Shown in pieces: positions 36,469 through 44,074 of a stretch of DNA of 64,000 nt. The notes below the pieces were generated by a model. The model saw only the letters and a list, made by a program, of their open reading frames with translations, was not told the DNA's origin and ran no database searches. The DNA is taken from assembly GCA_964385105.1 (NCBI GenBank), contig CAYLMU010000001.1:194252-258251 (forward strand), read 5' to 3'. This DNA is from an uncultured Candidatus Saccharibacteria bacterium (GTDB lineage Bacteria > Patescibacteriota > WWE3 > UBA101185 > UBA10185). Both the position numbers and the translations under genes were made by a program. Positions within the stretch are counted from its first letter, which is position 1, and every line of letters begins with the position of its first letter.

Positions 36469-36750
36469 TTATTCCAGTAAATGCTCCTCGTCTACCTCGG
36501 AAGATTCTTCAACAGTAAAAACGCCTGTTGGGCATATGTTCTTTATTTTTTCAACTTTTAGCTTATTTACCGTTTTATCCATGTCAATAGTAAAAATCAC
36601 CTCACCAATCATATTCTCTTCCTGGTTTCTAAATATTCTTATCGGAGAGCCTTCTAACCCAAGTTTATTTAATTGTCTTTGAACTTCAATAACGCAAAGC
36701 TCACACCCTATGCAATTTTCGGGAAATGTAATTTTAATAATTTTAGCCAT
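36469..36750 (-). CDS. Small ferredoxin-like protein (putative 4Fe-4S)
   Basis: CIGCELC plus a distal CP (NICPTGVF) motif. 93 aa. Overlaps the pgk stop by 8 nt and abuts the mini-AOR gene. Confidence 0.55.
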   Translation of the reverse strand: MAKIIKITFPENCIGCELCVIEVQRQLNKLGLEGSPIRIFRNQEENMIGEVIFTIDMDKTVNKLKVEKIKNICPTGVFTVEESSEVDEEHLLE

Positions 36751-37720
36751 TAGCCTCCTTTTTGTAACCTAGGGCTTCAATCCCCGGTAAAGTTTCATTT
36801 ACAATGAATTCAAGCATTGCACTTCCGCCTGTAGACACCCAGTTTATATAATTTAACGTGTTTGTGCTTTTTAATGCAGAAATTGTGTCTCCGCCGCCTA
36901 CTACCCAATACGAGTTTGAGTTGGGGATTAATGAAGCAATTTTATTTGTGCTCGTTGCAAATTCCGGAACTTCAAATTGCCCTAATGGTCCTGCCCATAC
37001 AATAGTGTTTGAGTTTGTTATTATTTCTATATATTGCGCGGTTGTTTCAGCGCCAATATCGCGGGGATTATTTTGTTCGTCATAAATATAGTCTGTAGGA
37101 ATATGTAAATTTTGAGGAATTTGCTCATCCCAGTTTAATCCGATTAAGCCACCAAGCAAAACATTGTTTGCTATTTTAATAAATTTTGAAACTACCGGTT
37201 TTTTACTCTCAAGCTTTGCTCCTCCTACCAATACTGTAAGTGGTTTATTTGGCGATTTTATAACATTGCTTAATACCTCCACTTCTTTTTGCAGGTTTAA
37301 TCCGGCGTATGAAGGCAGTAAACCCGCTACCCCAACAATAGAAGCATGTTTTCTATGTGAGGTAGCAAAGCTTTCATTAATATAAATATCTGCTTTGGAT
37401 GCCAGTTCTTTTGAAAACTCGTTATCATTTGATTCTTCTCCGGGATTAAAACGCAGATTTTCTAAAAGTTCATATTGGTTTATGCCTAAATAAGTATCAA
37501 AATATGGTTTTAGTTTTTGCGTAGAAAGGTTGGAATCCTCTGAACCACCAGGTCTTCCGATGTGCCCAGCTATTACCGGAATAACTTTATTTTCTATCAA
37601 ATAGTTTAATGTAGGAAGCCCCGATTCAAGCCTAAAGTAATCGTTATCGGGTACATCAAGATCCATTCGTACCAGAGCTTTCATACCGGGCGTTAATTTT
37701 GCTTCTGTAAGTAGTCGCAT
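36743..37720 (-). CDS. pgk: Phosphoglycerate kinase (short, 325 aa)
   Basis: N-terminal VRMDLDVP...IPVIAGHIGRPGG. LENLRFNPGEE. C-terminal nucleotide-binding region GGGDT-like (VVGGGDTISAL). Confidence 0.8.
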   Translation of the reverse strand: MRLLTEAKLTPGMKALVRMDLDVPDNDYFRLESGLPTLNYLIENKVIPVIAGHIGRPGGSEDSNLSTQKLKPYFDTYLGINQYELLENLRFNPGEESNDNEFSKELASKADIYINESFATSHRKHASIVGVAGLLPSYAGLNLQKEVEVLSNVIKSPNKPLTVLVGGAKLESKKPVVSKFIKIANNVLLGGLIGLNWDEQIPQNLHIPTDYIYDEQNNPRDIGAETTAQYIEIITNSNTIVWAGPLGQFEVPEFATSTNKIASLIPNSNSYWVVGGGDTISALKSTNTLNYINWVSTGGSAMLEFIVNETLPGIEALGYKKEANG

Positions 37721-37780
37721 ATTTTATCTTATTTTACAATTTAATTGATGTTTTGAACATTTTAGTGCTAAATTATACTT

Positions 37781-39880
37781 ATGGCGACATTAAAAGAATT
37801 GCGTGAGATTCACTTACAGAAATTAAACAGGCTAAAAGAGCTGGGAATTGATCCGTTTCCTGCACGTGTTAAAAAAGATTTTGAAAATGCACATGTAACT
37901 TCTAATTTTGAAGAATTTGAAGGTAAGACTATAAGTTTGGCGGGCAGAATTGTTTCATACAGAGAACATGGAGGTCTAGTTTTTATAGATATTAAAGACC
38001 AGTCGGGAAAAATTCAGGTTTATGTAAAAAAAGAAACACTTAAACCCACAAATGCTAAGCAACAAACTTTAGGGTTTGAAGATTTATCTTTATTGGATGT
38101 TGGAGATTATATTGAAGTAACAGGTGAGATAACAAAAACAAAAGCAGGTGAGATTTCAATAATGCCGGGTGGGTTAAGAATTTTGTCAAAGACTTTAAGG
38201 CCGCTACCTGAAGAGCTAAATAACAAAGAAACCAGAATGAGAAGGCGTTATGTTGATACTAAAGTTAACGAGGATGTTTTTGACAGATTTGTTCGAAGAG
38301 CTAAATTTTGGGAAGCGCACCGTAAATTTTTAAACAGTAAAGGGTTTTTAGAAATTAATATTCCTGTTTTAGAAAATATTCCGGGTGGGGCAGATGCAAC
38401 ACCTTTTGTTACACACATGGATGCAATTGACCAGGACTTTTTCTTAAGAATTTCACAAGAATTGTATTTAAAGAGACTTGTAGGAGGAGGTTATGAAAAA
38501 GTTTATGAAATTGGCCCTAGATTTAGAAATGAAGGATTGTCTGATGAACATTTGCCCGAACACATTGCTATGGAATTTTATTGGGCATATGCAAGTTGGG
38601 AAGAAGGAATGAAGCTAATTCAAGATTTATTTAACTATATTCTTGATGAAGTTTATGAAGGTAAAAGAAAGTTTTCAATTCGGGGTTTTGACGTTGATTT
38701 TACCGGAGATTGGGAAGTTATCGATTTTGCCGAAGTTATGAAAGAAAAATACAAAATTGATGTTCATAGTACCACGGTTGATGAAGTAGCAAAAATTTGT
38801 AAACAAAATGGAATTGAAGATGATTTTGCACAAAATCTGCATAGAGGAATTGATAATCTTTGGAAAAATTTGCGCCGTGAAATTGCAGGACCGGCGTTTT
38901 TAGTTAATCATCCAAAATATTTATCTCCGTTGGCTAAAGCAAAGGCGCATGAACCGCATGTTACCGAACGATTTCAGCCGATTATTGCGGGTAGTGAACT
39001 TGGTAACGGCTGGTCTGAAATTAATGACCCGGTCGATCAACTTGAACGGTTTAAAGAACAACAAAATTTGCGTGATGCAGGTGACGATGAAGCACAATGG
39101 CTAGATATTGATTATGTTGAAATGCTTGAGTATGGAATGCCTCCTACTTTTGGTTATGGTCATAGCGAACGTGTTTTTTGGTTTTTAGAAGATGTAAGCG
39201 CACGTGAAGGGGTTCCGTTTCCTCAGTTAAAGCATGTGGTAGATGACACAACATTAGAAATATATAATTTACCGCGTCAAAACACACTGCTTGCTATAAA
39301 CCCAAACTTAGATGATATCAATGAAAACGGCAATTTACCGTCACGGGAAGAGGCAGAATTTTTGCTAAATAAACATGTTAAAGACGACTATCAAAAATTG
39401 CACGCAAAAATGGTTGCATCAGCTTTAGAACAATATGCCGGGAAATTTAAAGCTAATAATGAGTTATGGTTTATAGCAGGACTTTTGCACGACCTGGATT
39501 ATTTTGAGTATCCCGATGAACATCCGAAAAAATCACTGGAGTGGTTTAAAGAAAAAGAGTACTCGGAAGCTTTAATGCATGCAATTGCTGCACATGCATA
39601 CCAAAGAACCGGCGTGGAGCCAAAAACAAAACTTGCAGCAGCTCTTATTGCTACGGATGAACTTTCAGGATTGTTGTATGCTTATTCGCTAATGCGACCG
39701 GAAGGTTTTAAGGGAATGAGTGCAGGCTCAGTAAAAAAGAAATTTAAAGATAAAGCATTTGCCCGAACCGTTGACCGAAATGACGTTTTATACGGCATAG
39801 AAAAACTTGGTGTGGATTTTGATGAGCATGTAAATTTTTTGATTAGTGTTTACAGTGAAATAGATGAGTTAAAAAAGTAA
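37781..39880 (+). CDS. lysS: Lysyl-tRNA synthetase (class II) fused to a C-terminal HD-domain phosphohydrolase (~200 aa)
   Basis: The N-terminal ~500 aa carry an OB anticodon-binding domain and class II motifs (FLEINIPVLE; RISQELYLKRL; GSELGNGWSEINDP; GMPPTFGYGHSERV). The C-terminal extension carries an HD signature: H(AKM)...LLHDLDY...HAIAAH...DELSG. Confidence 0.85.
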   Translation: MATLKELREIHLQKLNRLKELGIDPFPARVKKDFENAHVTSNFEEFEGKTISLAGRIVSYREHGGLVFIDIKDQSGKIQVYVKKETLKPTNAKQQTLGFEDLSLLDVGDYIEVTGEITKTKAGEISIMPGGLRILSKTLRPLPEELNNKETRMRRRYVDTKVNEDVFDRFVRRAKFWEAHRKFLNSKGFLEINIPVLENIPGGADATPFVTHMDAIDQDFFLRISQELYLKRLVGGGYEKVYEIGPRFRNEGLSDEHLPEHIAMEFYWAYASWEEGMKLIQDLFNYILDEVYEGKRKFSIRGFDVDFTGDWEVIDFAEVMKEKYKIDVHSTTVDEVAKICKQNGIEDDFAQNLHRGIDNLWKNLRREIAGPAFLVNHPKYLSPLAKAKAHEPHVTERFQPIIAGSELGNGWSEINDPVDQLERFKEQQNLRDAGDDEAQWLDIDYVEMLEYGMPPTFGYGHSERVFWFLEDVSAREGVPFPQLKHVVDDTTLEIYNLPRQNTLLAINPNLDDINENGNLPSREEAEFLLNKHVKDDYQKLHAKMVASALEQYAGKFKANNELWFIAGLLHDLDYFEYPDEHPKKSLEWFKEKEYSEALMHAIAAHAYQRTGVEPKTKLAAALIATDELSGLLYAYSLMRPEGFKGMSAGSVKKKFKDKAFARTVDRNDVLYGIEKLGVDFDEHVNFLISVYSEIDELKK

Positions 39881-39934
39881 AGGAGTAAGAAAGGCCGGTT
39901 CTTTTTAAAAGTTTTTGACCAGTCGTACTCCTTT
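39879..39934. terminator. Long imperfect hairpin (9-bp perfect arms AAAGGAGTA / TACTCCTTT with a 38-nt internally palindromic spacer) between convergent genes; candidate bidirectional terminator or structured element
   Basis: Seen directly in the sequence. The inner part contains GGCCGG and CTTTTTAAAAG sub-palindromes. Confidence 0.3.
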
Positions 39935-39948
39935 GTTTAGTGCATAAC

Positions 39949-40182
39949 TTACGTTATAACTTTTTCTACTTCCCAATCAGGATTTTCATCTGCTACCTTT
40001 TTTGCGCGTGGTACTGCGTAGAATCCGGTGATTTCCCCTTTTCGGTACCACCGTTTATCATCATTATTCCACCCGTGAAGGATTCCTCCAATTGTTGTGA
40101 CTATACAATAGTCACCTAAAGTTACAAAGTGCAAAGGCAATTTACTCATATGAACAATCTGTACTATAGCTTTTGGTTTCAT
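39949..40182 (-). CDS. Small protein, paralogue 3 of a tandem GW-motif family (77 aa)
   Basis: Shares ...hGW-x3-(K/R)-W... with the two upstream ORFs (HGWNNDDKRWYRKGE). It overlaps the next ORF's stop by 4 nt. Confidence 0.45.
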   Translation of the reverse strand: MKPKAIVQIVHMSKLPLHFVTLGDYCIVTTIGGILHGWNNDDKRWYRKGEITGFYAVPRAKKVADENPDWEVEKVIT

Positions 40183-40427
40183 TGCTGTCCTTCTCTTATA
40201 TGTTTAGAGACTTCAACAAGTTGTTTTACCGCATTTCTGGCTTCTCGTGTGGTAGAAAAGCCTAAAAGGCACCCCTGTTCGCTAGTGGATATCCATTTTT
40301 TTCCTGTCCAACCCTGTAAGCCGTTTTGAGATTCGCCTATAATAACAAAACTTTTATCTGATGGCGTCTTAAACCAGGGTACAAGAGCTCGGTGTAAAAA
40401 CCTAACTTTTACAACATTTTTTGACAT
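40179..40427 (-). CDS. Small protein, paralogue 2 of the tandem GW-motif family (82 aa)
   Basis: QGWTGKKWISTSEQ, then F-x4-EA-x4-K helix, parallel to its neighbours. Confidence 0.45.
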   Translation of the reverse strand: MSKNVVKVRFLHRALVPWFKTPSDKSFVIIGESQNGLQGWTGKKWISTSEQGCLLGFSTTREARNAVKQLVEVSKHIREGQQ

Positions 40428-40430
40428 GCA

Positions 40431-40676
40431 TTACCTCTTTTGTGAATAAACCGGCATAGCATATTCTTTAAGCTCTTCTTGTGCCGTTTCTTTGGAATCA
40501 AATGGTTTTAATGAGTGAAATGCACTTGTAGTCCAAGCCCTTCCTACAGTCCACCCGTGATTAAAAGGACTAAGGATGTAGAACTGTTCGTCGGTACCGC
40601 CTGGCTTGAAATGCCGCTCTCTGGCTTCTTTTCCGTTCAAAATCTCATAGGCAGAAGAATCATATATTTTGTTCAC
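40431..40676 (-). CDS. Small protein, paralogue 1 of the tandem GW-motif family (81 aa)
   Basis: HGWTVGRAWTTSAF, then FDSKETAQEELKEY, parallel to its neighbours. Confidence 0.45.
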   Translation of the reverse strand: MNKIYDSSAYEILNGKEARERHFKPGGTDEQFYILSPFNHGWTVGRAWTTSAFHSLKPFDSKETAQEELKEYAMPVYSQKR

Positions 40677-40776
40677 TTAAATACCTCCTTTAATTCAAAA
40701 TCTATGATATTTACACAAAATTTATAAAATCGGTGTGATACGGCAAAATTCTCTCCTTACTAAGTTTCCGAACTCA

Positions 40777-40805
40777 TTGACAAAAACTTTACCTGTAGTT
40801 ATAAC
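40777..40805 (+). promoter_or_regulatory. Sigma70-type promoter TTGACA-N17-TATAAC upstream of serS
   Basis: cattgacaaaaactttacctgtagttataac. The -10 is about 50 nt upstream of the serS ATG. No T-box leader is evident. Confidence 0.5.
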
Positions 40806-40855
40806 TAAACTTAGTAAAAAATGCAATGGAAAAGACCTCCTTTTGAGATATTTTT

Positions 40856-42184
40856 ATGCTCGATATTAAATTTATTAGAGAAAACCCCGATATTGTAAAA
40901 AAAGCAGTTGAAGAAAAGCACCTTTCACAGGTAGTAAATATAGATGAAATTATTAATTTGGATGAATTATATAGAAATAAGCTAAGAATTGTTGAGGAAC
41001 ACCGCGCTTTACGCAACCAGCTTTCGGATAATATTTCAAAAGTAGACGAAGAAACAAGACAAAAACTCATAAACGAGGCTTCACAAGTAAAGGAAGAGTT
41101 GTTTACAAAAGAACAAGAGCTTGCTGAGATTGAATCTCAACTTACATCAAAATTGCTAAAAGTTCCAAATATTATTGCGCCTGATGTACCATCAGGTAAA
41201 GATGAAAGTGAAAACGTTGTAATAAGAAGTTGGGGTGAGCCAAAAACATATGATTTTGAGCCAAAAGACCATGTAGAACTTGGTGAAAAGCTTGATTTAA
41301 TTGATATTCCAACGTCGGCAAAAGTTTCGGGTTCAAGATTTAATTATTTAAAAAATGAAGCTGTTTTGTTGCAATTTGCACTTATTCAATTTGTTTTTGA
41401 CACACTAACCAACAAAGAAATTATTTCAGAACTTGCTGAGCGTGTAGGAAATAATTCGAACAACGCTTTTATACCGGTTTTGCCTCCGGTGATTATTAAG
41501 GCCGAAGTTGCAAAGAAAATGGACAGATATGATCCTATCGAAGATAGATATTATTATGAGGATGACGATGTAATGTTTGTGGGGAGTGCTGAGCATAGCA
41601 TTGGCCCGATGCATATGGATGAAATTTTAAATCAAAGCCAACTGCCGTTAAGATACATTGGTTATTCAACAGCATTTAGACGTGAAGCCGGCTCATATGG
41701 AAAAGATACAAAAGGCATTTTAAGACGTCACCAGTTTGATAAGCTTGAGATGGAAATTTTTTCTACTCCTGAAAGCGGATTGGCCGAGCAAGAACTTATT
41801 GTTGCAATTCAGGAATATTTGTTACAGCAATTACAACTTCCTTATCAGGTGATGATGATATGTACCGGAGACATGGGCAAACCCGATTATCGCCAGATTG
41901 ATATAAATACCTGGATGCCGGGAGAAAATGCTTACCGTGAAACTCACACTTCTGATTATATGACTGACTTTCAGGCAAGAAGACTTAACACTCGTTATAA
42001 AACAAGTGAGGGCACTAACGAATATGTTCATATGAATGATGCAACTGCATTTGCTATAGGAAGAACACTTATTGCTATCCTAGAAAATTATCAGCAAAAA
42101 GACGGCTCAATAAAAATACCTGAAGTGTTGCAGAAATATATGAACGGTATTAAAGAAATAAAAGAAAGTGGTAACATAGAGTAA
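40856..42184 (+). CDS. serS: Seryl-tRNA synthetase
   Basis: N-terminal coiled-coil arm. Class II motifs (RFNYLKNEAVLLQFAL; FRREAGSYGKDTKGILRRHQFDKLE; GLAEQELIVAIQE...). Confidence 0.9.
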   Translation: MLDIKFIRENPDIVKKAVEEKHLSQVVNIDEIINLDELYRNKLRIVEEHRALRNQLSDNISKVDEETRQKLINEASQVKEELFTKEQELAEIESQLTSKLLKVPNIIAPDVPSGKDESENVVIRSWGEPKTYDFEPKDHVELGEKLDLIDIPTSAKVSGSRFNYLKNEAVLLQFALIQFVFDTLTNKEIISELAERVGNNSNNAFIPVLPPVIIKAEVAKKMDRYDPIEDRYYYEDDDVMFVGSAEHSIGPMHMDEILNQSQLPLRYIGYSTAFRREAGSYGKDTKGILRRHQFDKLEMEIFSTPESGLAEQELIVAIQEYLLQQLQLPYQVMMICTGDMGKPDYRQIDINTWMPGENAYRETHTSDYMTDFQARRLNTRYKTSEGTNEYVHMNDATAFAIGRTLIAILENYQQKDGSIKIPEVLQKYMNGIKEIKESGNIE

Positions 42185-42874
42185 ATGTCTGTTTTTGACG
42201 GCATACATTTACCCACAGTGCTTTATAGAACACACTCCGATTTAAACGGAGACATAGAGGTATTACAGGACGGTAAAACCTTGAGACTAAAAGCCAATAA
42301 AGTCACACAATCGGTCAATCCTGATTCACCGGTAGCTGAAAAAATGGTATGGGGACGTGTTGTTAATGTTATTGAAGAGGAGCTTCCCGAATTTAAGAAT
42401 ATTCTTGTACTTGGTATGGGTGGTGGCACTGTTCAACACATGATTGCACAAAAATTTCCAAACGTTGATGTGGTAAGTGTAGACATAGATGAAGTCATGG
42501 TAGATGTTGCAAAGCAATTTTTTCGTGTGGCTGAAATTCCTAATCATCGAATTATTGTAGAAGACGCATGTAGAGTGGTTATATCCCCTGAGGATTATGA
42601 ACTGCCACTTAAATCATTTGATATTTTATTTATAGACATTTACATTGGAAGCGAATTTCCCGAACTTGGCGGTTCGGGCAACTTTTTGGCCAATGCGTTT
42701 AGATTAGTAAAACCCGGTGGACTAGTTATTGTTAACAGGATTTATTTTCAGGATCACCAGGAGGATGTAGATATTTTTATGGACAATTTGGGTAATTATT
42801 TAAAAAATGTGAAGTCAAAAATCATTCCCGGTAAGACAAATGCAGATAACATGTTAATTTACGGGAGAGTTTAA
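42185..42874 (+). CDS. Spermidine-synthase-like class I SAM-dependent methyltransferase/aminopropyltransferase family protein
   Basis: ILVLGMGGGTVQHMIAQKFPNVDVVSVDIDEVMVDVAKQFF resembles the SpeE-family GGGDGG...VEID motif. 229 aa. Confidence 0.5.
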   Translation: MSVFDGIHLPTVLYRTHSDLNGDIEVLQDGKTLRLKANKVTQSVNPDSPVAEKMVWGRVVNVIEEELPEFKNILVLGMGGGTVQHMIAQKFPNVDVVSVDIDEVMVDVAKQFFRVAEIPNHRIIVEDACRVVISPEDYELPLKSFDILFIDIYIGSEFPELGGSGNFLANAFRLVKPGGLVIVNRIYFQDHQEDVDIFMDNLGNYLKNVKSKIIPGKTNADNMLIYGRV

Positions 42875-43659
42875 TGACCTGGTTTCAGGCTTTAATTTTA
42901 GGCGTTATTCAAGGTTTAACCGAATTTCTTCCTATTTCGTCATCAGGGCATTTGGTGGTTTTGCCGTTACTTTTGAACTGGGAATCCCGAGGCTTGTTTT
43001 TTGATGTAATACTACATTTGGGTACATCGTGTGCTTTAATCATTTATTTTAAAAAAGACATTTTTGCCATAATAAAAGGGATTTTAATAAATAGAAAGTC
43101 TAAAGAGGCTAAATTGGGGGTTTCGGTACTATTGGGTACCATTCCTGCTGTTGTCTTGGGGTTTTTGTTTGAGAGCAGCATAGAGGAACAGTTTAGAAGT
43201 GGAGTTAGTGTAGCTTCATTTTTAATTTTAGGTACGTTGATTATGATTGCAGCTGAGTATATTGGTGCGCATAAAGAAAAAAGCGGTATTAACGGTTTAA
43301 AAGCTTTAATAATTGGATTTTTTCAGGCTTTGGCACTTTTTCCCGGGGTATCAAGGTCGGGGGCAACAATTTCTGGTGGTATGTTTACAAAGTTAAGTAG
43401 AGAAGATGCAGCAAGGTTTTCGTTTTTGCTGTCGATACCGGTTATTTTAGGTGCTGCAGCATTCAAGATTATAGAAATGATTAGAATGCCGATAATTACT
43501 TTAGATTATTTAAATTTAGCAGTAGGATTTGGAGCAAGCTTGTTAATGGGGTACATTGCTATAGACTTTTTATTAAAATTCCTAAAATCCAGGTCTTTAT
43601 GGGTTTTCATAATTTATAGATTGTTGCTTGCGATTTTTCTTTTTGTAACTTTCATGTAA
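42874..43659 (+). CDS. uppP: Undecaprenyl-diphosphate phosphatase (BacA/UppP)
   Basis: MTWFQALILGVIQGLTEFLPISSSGHLVV. PGVSRSGATISGG. 8 predicted TM helices. Confidence 0.85.
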   Translation: MTWFQALILGVIQGLTEFLPISSSGHLVVLPLLLNWESRGLFFDVILHLGTSCALIIYFKKDIFAIIKGILINRKSKEAKLGVSVLLGTIPAVVLGFLFESSIEEQFRSGVSVASFLILGTLIMIAAEYIGAHKEKSGINGLKALIIGFFQALALFPGVSRSGATISGGMFTKLSREDAARFSFLLSIPVILGAAAFKIIEMIRMPIITLDYLNLAVGFGASLLMGYIAIDFLLKFLKSRSLWVFIIYRLLLAIFLFVTFM

Positions 43660-43690
43660 AATCAAAAAAAAATAAACGGAGGTAAAAGAG

Positions 43691-44008
43691 ATGAATGAGT
43701 TTAAAAGGATGGTTTTTTTGCTAGTATTATTAGGTAGTTCAGTGATGATATTAGCAGCGTCTTTGTATTATTTTGCAGATTTCCCCATTTATTTTGTGTT
43801 CAATATGATAAATGTGGGAATTGCAATTTGTGTTATTTCAGTATCCACTCTTGTGTACTTGGAGAGGTCAAATAAAGGCGATGTCGTTTTTTTTATTATT
43901 GTGTTGATTTTGTTGATGGTGATATCAGTAAGTCTGAACTGGAAATCTTACAACAACAAACCGGAAACACCTACCGACCACAATACCCATATCGCTGAGC
44001 TATGGTAA
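43691..44008 (+). CDS. Small membrane protein (105 aa, ~3 TM helices)
   Basis: Hydrophobic ORF with an AGGTAAAAGAG RBS-like sequence upstream. Followed by a strong terminator. Confidence 0.4.
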   Translation: MNEFKRMVFLLVLLGSSVMILAASLYYFADFPIYFVFNMINVGIAICVISVSTLVYLERSNKGDVVFFIIVLILLMVISVSLNWKSYNNKPETPTDHNTHIAELW

Positions 44009-44016
44009 TTGTGAAT

Positions 44017-44054
44017 AAGCCTTAAGTTTTAATTAGCTTAAGGCTTAATTTTTT
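44017..44054 (+). terminator. Rho-independent terminator (AAGCCTTAAG-ttttaatta-GCTTAAGGCTT followed by a T-rich tail aaTTTTTT)
   Basis: Perfect 10-11-bp stem, 9-nt loop and T6 tail immediately after the 105-aa gene. Confidence 0.6.
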
Positions 44055-44056
44055 GG

Positions 44057-44065
44057 TGTTATAAT
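44057..44065 (+). promoter_or_regulatory. Extended -10 promoter element TGtTATAAT upstream of secA
   Basis: tgttataat lies 10 nt upstream of the secA ATG region. No clear -35. Confidence 0.35.
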
Positions 44066-44074
44066 TCCACTGTC

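Noticed and set aside
40677-40855. Possible T-box riboswitch upstream of serS
   Set aside because: The leader between the TTGACA-N17-TATAAC promoter and the ATG is only ~50 nt. No T-box consensus (AATTAGGGTGGNACCGCG-like) or specifier/antiterminator structure is visible.
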